In this document: in pieces, positions 39,729 to 51,645 of the stretch
How the letters are laid out: each line of letters opens with the position of its first letter
Numbering within the stretch: position 1 is the first letter of the stretch
From: Podarcis liolepis
Lineage: Eukaryota
Assembly: GCA_965112155.1 (NCBI GenBank)
Contig: OZ218101.1
Length of the DNA stretch: 64,000 nt
Strand: one strand, 5' to 3'
Notes under the pieces: model-generated
The model's database searches: none
What the model saw: only the letters and a program-made list of their open reading frames with translations
Told to the model about the DNA's origin: nothing
Made by a program: the position numbers and the translations under genes

Positions 39729-40161
39729 TGCTGTGCAGTATGCATGTGTGGATTCTATGCACACCAATCTGATCAATGAATAGAGGTTATGTGTGGTCAG
39801 TGGGCACTATCCCAGCCTCCTCTCCATGTGTCTGTTCTTCTGTTCAGAATGTTTATATAGAGCTATTGGCATTCTAGTCCAGTGCAACTGACAATAAGGG
39901 GACTCTAGAGCTCCCCAGCTATTGTTACTCAACAGCATACTGCCTTTGACTGGAGAGCAATGATGGAGCCCCTGTGACTCTCCCAATGTAATTGGACTAC
40001 AAGTCCCATAATCCATCACCATTGACTATCGATGGATGAATCAGTCAATTTGAGTTTCATTCAGTTTTTCCATTCAGTTGTCCATACTCCCACATCAGTT
40101 TGTAACATAAAAAAAATTCATGAAACTTCGTCAGCATTTAGTGCAGATTTATACCAATATA

Positions 40162-40363
40162 CAGTGGTACCTCAGGTTACATACGCTTCAGGTTAAATAC
40201 ACTTCAGGTTACAGACTCTGCTAACCCAGAAATAGTGCTTCAGGTTAAGAACTTTGCTTCAAGATGAGAACAGAAACAGCAGGAGGCCCCATTAGCTAAA
40301 GTGGTCTTCAGGTTAAGAACGGACCTCCGGAACGAATTAAGTACTTAACCAGAGGTACCACTG
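40162..40363 (-). mobile_element. Tc1/mariner-type MITE nested in an older DNA transposon remnant
   Basis: TA|CAGTGGTACCTC...GAGGTACCACTG|TA. Confidence 0.92.
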
Positions 40364-40659
40364 TACACATTTTTGTATGTAGTTTTGAGTAATATATGTA
40401 TTCTTGCAAACCTATTTATCATCAACAACAACAATAACCCTACTTACAGATTCACGTGTTGCATAGGAAGGTCTGAAGGAGGCTTGCAAGTGGATTCAGC
40501 TGAATGAATTTAAAAGCTTTCATTCAGTCTAGAACCTCATAGTGCAGAATTCCAGACTGTGGAGGAGGGAGAATTCAAAGGACGTTAAGCCAGAAGGGCT
40601 TAGAACCCACCTTCAAACCTCCCCATTCAACACTGAAATGTCACTATCTGACTAAATGA

Positions 40660-40776
40660 AGACAACTGAAGGCAGCCCTGTACAGGGAGGCTATTTAAAT
40701 GTTTGAGCTTTTTGTGTTTTAATACTTTGTTGGAAGCTGTCCAGAATGGCTGGGGCAACACAGTCATATGGGTGGC

Positions 40777-40830
<54 letters not shown>
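40660..40830 (+). mobile_element. L2 3' end with (TAA)n microsatellite
   Basis: TTGGAAGCTGTCCAGAATGGCTGGGGCAAC...(TAA)n at 40778-40830. Confidence 0.7.
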
Positions 40831-43292
40831 TTTATTATCATCACAGTGAGTGGTTATGGTATTTCCCTCCATAGAACCACACTGCTGAACTTTTGCTAAA
40901 TCATAACAATAAATAATAATAACGTAGAATAATGAAAGGTAGGGATCTAATTTATTATTATTAGTTATCCACCCTTCACCATAAGATCCCAGGAAGGGTT
41001 ATAGGTAATAAAACAATCCCACTTCAAAATTCTATATATGCTTACTATGCAATATTACATACACTTACATTCTAGAAATTATTGTTTGCATTGATAATAA
41101 TTTGATTTACATCCTGCCCTTCTTCCTGAAGGTGCTCAGTGAGTCCCAGTAACTCATTATCACTCCTTAGATGGAAGAAACCTTGTCATCTGTTGAAAAG
41201 AAGTTAGAAATCATAACCTTTCATTGCCAATGGAACTAGTCACACGTGCCCAGCATTTTCCTGGTACTCTTTTAAGAAAAACTTGGTCAAGGTTACGTAC
41301 ACAAATGTTTGGCGCCAGGGTTCACAAAAGCACATCCATTATCCAACTCGGTGTGATTTTGAGTGATTACACTGGCTGACAGCGATAATATCAAGTAGCC
41401 AAGAAGGTAGCTAGCTGGCTAGAACAGAGCATCTGACGCTATTCAGCAATGCCTTTGGAAAAAAAGTGCTCTCGAATGCAGATGGATGCTCTTGCCTGCC
41501 AGAAGATAAAGAAGAGTAATGTGCGGCTATTTGACATAATGGGAGCAGTGAGCCTATCTGAAATATTCACAGCACGGCTGCACTCCAAGGAGCCTCGTCA
41601 GGGACCAAGAAGAAAACAAACCTGTCCTAACATTAGCAAATGTACATGAGAATCTGCCTTCCAAAGAGGGGAACTTAGCCACAATAGATGAGGCAGTGAC
41701 TACCATATTCTTAGTAAATACCTGGTGTTTATCTACCCAAGAGTTTAATAGAGCTTTTCCTGCAAGCCTCTATTTATATCTTCAAACTCACTGCTCATGA
41801 GTGGGTAGCTTTAAAAGCCCATAATTAATTAATATGCAAAATGCAGCAAAATGAAACCAAGGTCAGCAATGTGAAAGTGCAATCCTTAATTCGCCCTAAC
41901 GGGTGAGAAGGTGTTAGTCAGAAATGACCAGATACTGAAATCAGTTTTTATGAATTTATTTAGCAGAAAACCAGTAAATGCGTTTTGAAAGTTAAAGCAC
42001 AGAGGATATCAAAAGTAAATCCAAAGCCGCGTTATGGAGAAGTGAATCTTAGGAAATGGGAAGATATAAGAAACATTATGTGCTAGTAAAATTAATTACA
42101 AGGATCACATGGAAAAACAAAATAGAATATGAATATGCAATCTTAAACCACAAATTGGAGTAGCTAATCTATGCCAAGACTACAGCATGGTAAACTGGGA
42201 TTAATTAAGCTTAATTAATTAGAAGGAAAATATTGAAAATATTGAAGCAACAGATAAAATTACTATTACAAAAAATAAGTATGGCATGCAAAGCTAGCAA
42301 TAATGTTAATCATTGTTCAGCTCTGCTTTGATTTACCACTTAGACCTCTTACAAGTCCAAACTAATTGAAAGCTGTGCTATGTTACAGCTATATAGCAGC
42401 TTCTTCTAAATATTATCAAAAGAGGAAAGAAATGATTTTATAGCTACCTATAGAAGCAAGGAAAACTGTTCTTTAGTGCTAAATCGGAACAAATGGCAAC
42501 CTGCAGAAAACCTGATTGCTGCTTGTTCCAATTCAGCACTAAAGATCAGGTTTCCCCAGGAGAAAGCGGCTGGGCAAACAGGTGTGTGAATAAGCCCTCA
42601 GCCCTGTTTAAAGTTTTGTCTGTTTGCTTGTAAGTTGTGTTAGGTTGCCTTGGGCAAGAGAAAGCGCCTAACTAATTCAGTAAATAAAAATAAATAAAAT
42701 AAACCATGGACCAAAGCTCCTTGCCCAAAATTTCCTTCCATTCCACTCCATAGCTCTCTGTGGTGATAACTTTGACTGTGTAAGGTGAAGGGGAGAGATT
42801 TGGTTTAGTTGCTTTGCTGAAGACTATTTTTGCAATGATGGCATGGCAAGGCCAACATGTCCAGTCAAGAGCTGTACTGTAAATACCTTCCTCAGGGAGT
42901 CTTCCTGCATCACTAGTGACCCCTATCATTTTATGAGGTGGCAGCAGATAGTCCTGTTTCCCCTCTCCCCTCCCCCAGTGCCCATTTACAGATCGGTCTG
43001 CTATGCCAAGGGCACTAATTAATATCTTCATTGCTTATACAAGAGTAGAGTGCAAACAGTGGAAGGAAGTACAGTCTCAAGTCAATAATTTAACATAAAT
43101 GCTGATTTCAAGCATGGGTGAGTTAGGCATCATCTTTTGCTCAAGACTAGAATTGACTTTATGTGAAACAGCAAATGTAATTTGTAGGCTTCATTGTGAC
43201 CGAATGCAACATAGTTAGAAGGAGCTTGCCGGCATCCTCTGCTCGTGATGGGGGATCCTTTTGCCTGTATATCTGAGCCCAGTGTCTTTTTT

Positions 43293-43296
<4 letters not shown>

Positions 43297-43337
<41 letters not shown>
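43297..43337. repeat. (CT)n microsatellite
   Basis: Direct inspection. Confidence 0.95.
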
Positions 43338-43339
<2 letters not shown>

Positions 43340-45765
43340 GCTCTCTATCTCCCCCCCCCCCTTCTCTCCCCACCATTTGCACTTGTTTTTCACTGACATC
43401 GTGGCCTTCTAGCTGACCTGAGTCAGCTACCAGTTCTAAATCCATTAAAATCTGTGGCTGCACTGTGAGGTGTTGGGAGAGTGAGAATGGAAGAAGCATT
43501 TTCAGATAAGAATAATAGACCTGTCTGTCAGGATCACTTGTCCAACAAAAGATAAAAGTAACAGCTCGTGGAGTACTTTGTTATGTGTATGTATAATACA
43601 TTTATAAATCTCTTCTTACCCTCTTATCAGAAAGAGCTTGAGCTGCAAACGCTTCCTCTCAGGGCAGGTGTTCCCACCTGCTTCAAGGTCTGAGGCAAAG
43701 GAGCTGCTGTGACGTGGCCAAAGGAGCCATTAATGGGAAGGCTGCTTCATTTCTGCAGTGCAGTTTTAGGTGCACACACCTAATATATTTTAAAGAGTTA
43801 TGTCCCGAAGTTCATTTATTGCAGTGCTGCCCCTGAGCAGAAGAGATTTGTCCCTCTTTTTGTTCTCTTCATTTCAGGATACATGAGAGAAAAAACAGAA
43901 GGAAGGGGAAGGTTTGCCTCTTCGTCGCACAGCTCTCTCCTCATCGCCTTCAGCTGCATCCTCACCTGCTTTCCATCCTTGCAATACAATGCAGGTTGCG
44001 GCTTCTTGCTCATGTCCCCCACCCCCTGGCAAGACATAGGTCAGGACATGGAAGGAAATCTCACCATGCTAGAATCCATCCTGACTCACCTAATGGCAGC
44101 GGGCGGAGTGGCCCCAAACAGAATAAACCCCCATTTGGCAAAGAGACTGCAACATTCCCTGGCATGGATGTCCCATGATGGAGAAGATGGAAAACGAAAA
44201 GTCCGCAGGACCCAAGTTTCCAGGTTATTGTGTTTCTGAAGCCGATTCCCCTGTTTCATTTTAAGTCCTAAGAACATAACAATTCCTTCCCGTTATGTGA
44301 TGAGAAAACAAATGCCATTCCTGCACAACGGAGTACTTTTTAAGATCCCAGTATGTGTAGTGTAAAAAAAGAAACAAACAGAAAATGAAACAGAGTAATA
44401 TTTAGTGTTCAATGGGCACCCTATATGGCAGGAATTTCTAGCATAGAGCTGAATCCAATTTTGGAAAATAGAGGAACAATGTACCATCTGTCATGGAAAT
44501 ATTAATTTTCAGCAAGTCAGAGCTGAGCTGCTCTATACAAGACAGTTGAACTCAACCACTCATTTCCATGTACATCTTCATTCTATATTCCAGCCTCAGA
44601 AGTCACATAAATGGCAATCTTGGCACTTGTATTGTTTTTCTGCTTGTAGAACTTAAGCAGAAATTACCATCAGGATTGACATTTGCCTTGGGTCTTCTCT
44701 TTCCAAATGGTTCTCCATACCAGACGGTGAGAATTGTTGTATTCCTCTTTCATATGCATGAGTTTCACCTTGTTGGAGGGAGAAATTATATATCACAAGA
44801 ACATCCAGGGATGCCATGTAGGTCCCATTCTGCAAAAAAAAAAAAAAAAGTATTTATATTTGAGCTTTGACTAATACATCAAGGTCATCAATTCAGAAGG
44901 AAGGCTCAGACTGAAGAGGTAGCAGAATATATTTTTTTATTAATCTTCGGAATGCAGACCACAGCAAAACCAAATGGAATGAGTGCAAAGGAACTGGAAA
45001 TGATCTGAGAGCAATAGTGCACACAGGAGAAATGTAACGTGCTCCACAATGCAAAATTAATGGTCACCTCCAAGCAATAAATATACTTGAAGTCACTTTT
45101 AAAAAGGGGAAGGGGGGAGTTTTCATTTGCCTGGGATATGGAACCAAGCATTGCAGGATTTTCAGAAGGACACAGATTTTGAAAGCTGTACCTGTCTATC
45201 TGCTGCAACTAATTTAGAGTAGTCCCACTAAGGACTGTTGTTCAACCTTCAGCTTCAGAAGACTGTATTTGTTTCTTGATATTGATTTATATTAATTTTT
45301 ATATTACAGTACTTCAAATGGCAGAATACTAATGAGAATCTCCACAATATTAATTATCTGTTAGCTTCATTAATAGATAGATGTACTTTATATCCCTTTA
45401 TCCTATGGGCTCTAAGTAGCTTTCAGCAGTTTTTTTCCCTTCTAAATGCTGATAGTTCTGTCCCCCAAAGACTAATACATTTTATACACAGTCCAGTATA
45501 TTGTGCACACAGGCAACACACAAATGCTAAAGAAGTTAGCAGCATGATGATGCAATAAGCTTGAGTCTACTATTTTAAAAACACCTGCCTACCTAGGCTC
45601 TTAGAATTCCATCATGGCTATTACTTTTTACTTTTGAAAACACTTTGAAAAACAAAAACTTGCAAGGGGGCCAGCACAGAAACTGCTGGGTCTACTATTC
45701 TGAAATCTGTCAACATTAATCCCCTGGAGGGAGCTACTATGTTTTCAGGTTTCATGCACCTATGT

Positions 45766-46252
45766 CAGGGGTCTGCAACCCGCGGCTCCGGAGCCGCATG
45801 TGGCTCTTTTACACCTTTGCCGCAGCTCCGGGGCGGATACTAGCGAGGGGAGGAGGCGCATTGTGCGCCCCGACACTCCACACTGTTGCAGGTGCTGTAC
45901 TGGCTGTGACGTCGCATGGGGGCGGTGCGTGCATTAGTCACGCATTGTCCCGACGTCACCTTCCCGCCCACCCGCTACATTGTAAGGGGCATGTACGCTG
46001 GTCACTGCATTGAAAGGGGGCATGTACGCTGGTCACTGTTTTGAAGGGGAGTGAAGAACACATACACACAAAAGGGTAACTTGTTAATTTAATGTTTATT
46101 TCTATGAGGAGGAGTAATTCTGAGGGGTCAAAGAAATAATAAAAGTGACAAAAAAAATATTTTTATAATGACGAGTTTTGCGGCTCCCAGTTTTTTTTCC
46201 TTCAGAAATAGGTCCAAGTGGCTCTTTTTGTCTTAAAGGTTGCAGACCCCTG
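45766..46252. mobile_element. Young non-autonomous hAT (Charlie-like) transposon
   Basis: 15-bp TIR CAGGGGTCTGCAACC/GGTTGCAGACCCCTG; perfect 8-bp TSD ACCTATGT (45758-45765, 46253-46260); CpG-rich. Confidence 0.93.
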
Positions 46253-46941
46253 ACCTATGTGAACAACACTCTAGAGTCCTGCCTGTTTTTGCTTTCCAAC
46301 ATATGTCAATGCAAGGAGTAAAGCATCGGTTTTCCAAATATGGCTTCTGATTATTAGACGAGCAACAACCCCAAAGCCCTCCATATTGGACAGTGGCACA
46401 ATTCTTTGCATCACAGCGAGCCCTGATGCAAAGTGGGGGGGGGCAGGGGTACCAAGAACATAAGAGAAGCTGTGCAGTATCAGCCAAAGGCTCTCCCAAG
46501 GCCAGTATCCTGTATCCCACAGTGACCAAACAATGCCGGAATATATGGTGATGGGTTGGATGCAGATGGACCCTAGCTAAGTGGCAGAGCCCATAATTTA
46601 CATGCAGAATGTCCCATTTTCAGTCCTTAGCATCTCCACTTAAAACGATAGGTCGTATGTGATAGGGCTTCCCCAAGACGATGGAGAGACATTGCTGGTC
46701 AGAACAGACTGTTGGACAAACAGCCTGATCTAAAATAATGCAGATTCCCTGCATTCCAAGATGGCTCAATTCAGTGTATGGCAGCTTCATATAACATGTT
46801 TTCACAATGCTCTGTGGACAAATGGCACCACTCAGAACTTACCTGAGTGCTCTTATAATCTTGAAGACCTCCTTCAGCTGTGGAGTCACAGGATCCACTT
46901 ACCCCCTATTAGTGCTGGAAAAGACCTCACACGTGTTGTTT

Positions 46942-46942
<1 letters not shown>

Positions 46943-46983
<41 letters not shown>
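46943..46983. repeat. (TG)n microsatellite
   Basis: Direct inspection. Confidence 0.95.
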
Positions 46984-46988
<5 letters not shown>

Positions 46989-48269
46989 CCTTCCTGTCTG
47001 AATTCACCCAAAGCCTGGCACTGAGGGATTCAAGTGTCTGGAAAGCAAGCCTTATGAGGAACAACAGTTCTTGAACTGTTTGCCTGATTGAATTCAAGGG
47101 GATTCAATCCATTGCTCAGCTGCACACTGAGGCATGTGGGTTTGTTTGCTCTTTATATTGGGAAAAAATCTGATAAATCATCATCATCAGCGAAGTCAAA
47201 GGAAAACAATCAGTGGCAGCATATAGTCCAAACTGTGGCAGGTATCCCCAGGTGTCAGGTGTCATTGCTGTTGTCCCACATGCTTCAATTAAATATCAAG
47301 TCTCTTTCCCCATTAATATGTGCTGCCTGATCTGCAAACATAGTCACATCTGTTAGGCTTTATTTCAGGAATGTGATAAATAAAGCAAATGCTAATGAAA
47401 AACCTGTGTATGTTTTTCTGCTAAACCATTCACATGTAAGAATTCTCAGATTTATATAATCTCCAGTGATTAATAGCATCTTTTCCTTTGTTATGTGCCT
47501 CTTTGTCAAATCAAAGCTCTTACATTACTTGCTTGTCGCTGGTAGGAGGGAATGAGGGATGCACTGAATTGAACCTCCTTTCAGTTAGGCCACATATACA
47601 CTAAAGACTGAAAGAAGTATAGTATTAATTTTCTCTTCCCAGGGAAGCTTGGGAGATGTAGTTCTGTGGACTAAGGATATTTCACAGATAATTCTTATCA
47701 TTCTCACCAGGGCCCCCCCCCCAAGTCCTACTATATCAATTGTTTTTATTTAAGATACCAGGGCAGAGAGACTGGGCAGAGAGGAACATTACCATGTACA
47801 CAGCCACCCATCAGCTGCACCACTGTGCTTATTAGGAGGGAGAGGTCAGTACAGTGAACACACGGCAGCAGAACCTATCAGCCGCTTGTGCCTCTGGGCT
47901 TCCACTGCACTGACCTCCTAGCCATCTCATCCTCTCCTTTCCAGTAAGCACAGCAACATGGTTGACTAGGGGTTAGGTGTGCGGCACAACTCCTCTCCAC
48001 CAGCTGCCTCTGGTCCTGAGACTTTCTGCATGTAAAGCATGTTGTTATGCAGTGCTGCAAGCCCTAACTTTCAAGATCCTGTAAACCAACACTAAAAAAT
48101 AAACAAACAAAAAGAGCAGATAATGATATTTAACCAACAAACAATGTTTAGATCAAGCACAGCATAATAGAGAAAATATATATAATCTACAAAACAGGGG
48201 CTTTATAAAAAAAAAACCCAGAAAGATGCTAGCCCTGTTCTGGTGTTCATCCTCTGGGTTACATCACTA

Positions 48270-49250
48270 TTTGCAGTGTCACCCTCCCCTGTGCAGCAAG
48301 TATAGCTAAAGTGTGATAAAGAAACTCAGGCAGACACAGAACTGGCAACAATTTTTAAAATTAAAAATGGCAACAATTTTTTATTGATTACAGATGTAGA
48401 TAGAATTTTGGCTCAGGCATTTTCTAGCTTCCTGCTGGAGGGCTGAAACGTAGGGTTATGCCAAGGATTAGGACCTCCCTGTGATGCCAATCTGCCAGTC
48501 CTAAGACTGTCACTGGAAGTTGTATGGCCTCCATTTGGCTTCTGGACAGAGACTTCCGTTGAGACCCCTCTAAGCAGTGACTACACTGCTGGTTCATGAC
48601 AGGATGAGGCACCACTTCACTCAAAAGCTTAATGACTAGGATTCCACTCAGTGCCTCAACCACCAAAAGTCGTGCCATTTTGCTATGTGTAAACCAAAAC
48701 CTTCAATTTGTCTTCAGGCAAAGTCCTTCCTGGCCACCACTGGCCACTATAGCAAGGATAGGCAATAAAGGAAGCAAAAACATGGTTAAAGAAGGAACCT
48801 AGGAAGCAAAATAGGGTTAAATTTTATAACAAAAGCCTTGACCTTGAATGCAATAAAAGGCTAATGATGCACAATTACAGGCGCATGAAAGGGAGGGAGT
48901 CAGGTGCAGATGGCTTTTATTCATTGCTGGTTGACCGCTATGGCCATAGCCAATATGCAGTCCACCAGTGAGGCTCTATTCAGTGGCGTAGCGTGGGGGG
49001 TGCAGGGGGGGCTGGCCGCACCGGGCGCAACATCTGGGGGTTAGGGTTAGGGGGTGCAAATCCACGGGTTAGGGGGCGCAAATTACTTGCCTTGCCCCGG
49101 GTGCTGACAACCCATGCTACGCCACTGGCTCTATTCACTGGTGGGCTCCTGGTTGGCTCCACCCCATCACTATATAGAACCCTAATTTCCAAGGCTTTCA
49201 CATTGCACAGAGAGCCAACACAAGTAGAGCTGGCCCCCTGCTGCAGATAG
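48270..49250 (-). mobile_element. Old copy of the family seen at 2151-3003 (boundaries approximate), interrupted by a hAT MITE
   Basis: TTTATT..ATGT.G.TAGA..TTGGCTCAGGCATT and GGATTCC..GCCT..CCAAA..TTTTGCTA..AAACCT..TCCTTCC.GGCC blocks align with 2249-2620. Confidence 0.6.
48981..49127. mobile_element. hAT-type MITE containing GGGTTAGGG units
   Basis: TIR CAGTGGCGTAGC/GCTACGCCACTG; perfect 8-bp TSD GCTCTATT (48973-48980, 49128-49135). Confidence 0.92.
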
Positions 49251-51313
49251 TCACCCTTTAATTCATGGAAGGTGATGGAAAGATGATGAGAGACAAAGCT
49301 GTCACCCTTGCCTTCCCACTCTTCTATACTGGTTGAACCCAGAAGATGAACATCTCAAAAGAGCTCAGAGCTATTCTATTCAGACAGATCATGTCTATTC
49401 AGTTTTGTACATATTTGAGAGGTGAGGAAGGAAACACTTGTTCCATTTTGATTACAGAGAATGTGGCACAATGTACAATATTTATAAAGGTGAATTCAGA
49501 AGTCACAGAAGATTTCTTACTTGCTGTCATGCTCTTTATTCATGACTGTTTGCTCCTGTTCCTTTAGCAAACTATATTTTAACCGCTAAAAGTATATAAA
49601 AATTCCAACCTCAGGTTCTTTCCTTTTTAAAAAAATAATAATCCCAAAAGTATTCAGAAGAACACTTTGTTTCATGCTGTAGTTGCTTCTATTGAATATT
49701 TCACTCTGGCAGTAAAAGTAATATTTCATATTTCCCTGGGCATCTTTGTAAAAGTCCTGTAAAAAAAGAAAATTAGAAAAATATTGCACAAATTCTCCTG
49801 CAATGTGTTCATAGAGCAAGTTCAGTGACCATGACACCCAACCTTCAAGACTTGCATTTACAGGGGGTGGGGAGTAAAGTGAGGAAGACCCTTAATGAAA
49901 CCTGCAAGGCCAACCTCTGCTTTCCCATAATTTTAGTCACATTAGAATGCCACTATCCTTCTTTACAAAACCCAGCAACTTAAGGGCACCAATGAATGGT
50001 AGGAAAGCCTGTAATCTGAAGATCACTGACAATGCAGGGATGTCTGAAGAAGCTATTCAGATGTTCTAACCACTACACCAGACTGGTTTCCCTCCCAATG
50101 CCTCCCCGAGTTCCAATAATTACGCTATCCAGTTACCTTCGTTCTGTTTCTTTACTCTACTTCTTCTCACTGCTTCTAACTGAGCCCTGGTTGGACCTCA
50201 ATGAGCTCCTTTTCAGATTATCATGCACATCCATCCCTAGGCATTCTAGATTCTTCATCAACCCTTTCACCTTGTATATCATTATACAATGCATTTTCCC
50301 TGGTGGAGCTGATGGGGGGAAATTGGTACCCAGCCCTTCTGAAGAACTGAAAGAGAAAGAAATGTAGTACTTCCTGTGCCACACAGATCGTTCTTCATGA
50401 TTGAGTGGTCTGTTTTGAAAGAAACTGGTACACTTGCAAGTGCCAGAGAAAAAAAATATACACAAAAGAGCTGTTAGTATATATAGGAAGAAAGATACAG
50501 AGAGAAATATATCACCCACCATGAATGATGAGTGGCATTTCACGCCACAAGTGACTTCGACTGAATCACTAGAACACAAAAGCAGCAGCCTGCAAGGGAC
50601 TCATTAGGTGCGCAGAAAAGGAGCAGCCTTAGGTACTCCAGGACAAGAAAATATGGACAGAAAATTGACTCTTGGGGATGGAAATATGTCACCAGTTTTT
50701 AAAAGACTCATTGTGTAAACTGCTTAATTTTAACATGATCTGACAAATTTGTTACCTGCCCTTCATTGCAAAGCAATATCAGAGCGGGGAGCATAAAACA
50801 CACACACATTGGTGGAGTCAATCTGGTGCTCCCCGTGGGGCATTTGCACCGCACCAGCCTCCCCACAGTCTCCTTCCTTCCCATCTGGTAAGCAGCAGAG
50901 TCCCATCCAGCAACCAGCTTCTGCTCGTATTACAACCAGGAAGTTAAAACACAATCATAACAGACACCAATGCCCATCAAATGCCTAAATAAATAGATGC
51001 CCTCTTCAGCTTTCATCTAAAGGTGACAAGGGATGGAGCCATCCATATTTTAGATGGGGGAGAATTCCACAATTGGGGCACCTCCAGTGAGAAGGAGGAG
51101 GATGCCAGTCGGGATTAAATTTTAATATGCTAATTCATATTTATAGCACATTCAGAAATAGTGCCTGTAACTTTAATAGAAAACATCTCAACAAAGTGGG
51201 GAGGACTCTGAGCAGCTGACTTCTTTGCCTTCAGTCCAGCTGACTTCAGTCTGCTGTCTAGGTTGTTGTGCAAATCAGAGGCCCCTGCTCACTGGACGTG
51301 GGCAGGAAGGAAG

Positions 51314-51645
51314 CTGGGTATGTTTAGTCTGGAAAAGAGGTGATATGATAGCCATCTTCAAATATCTGAAGGACTGTCACATGAAAGATGGAGTAATGGA
51401 TTCAAATTACAAGAAAGAAGATTCTGACTAAACATTTGGAAGATATTTCTGACTGTGGAACCGACTATCTAGGAAAGTGGTGGACTCTCCTTCACTGGAA
51501 TTTTTTTTAAAAGTATTTGAGGGGATAAACAGTATTTGGATTGTCATATGTCAGGGATTCTTTAACTGTGATTCCATCATTGCAAGGGGTTAGACTAGAT
51601 GACCCTCAGGGTCCCTTCAAACTTTATGTTTCTATAGTTCTAGGA
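51314..51645 (+). mobile_element. Old CR1 3' fragment
   Basis: RGDMIAIFKYLK motif; 3' UTR GGGGTTAGACTAGATGACCCTCAGGGTCCCTTC. Confidence 0.8.

Noticed and set aside
50520-50570. C/D box snoRNA (ATGATGA...CTGA)
   Set aside because: Only about 45 nt, poor terminal stem, no recognisable rRNA guide
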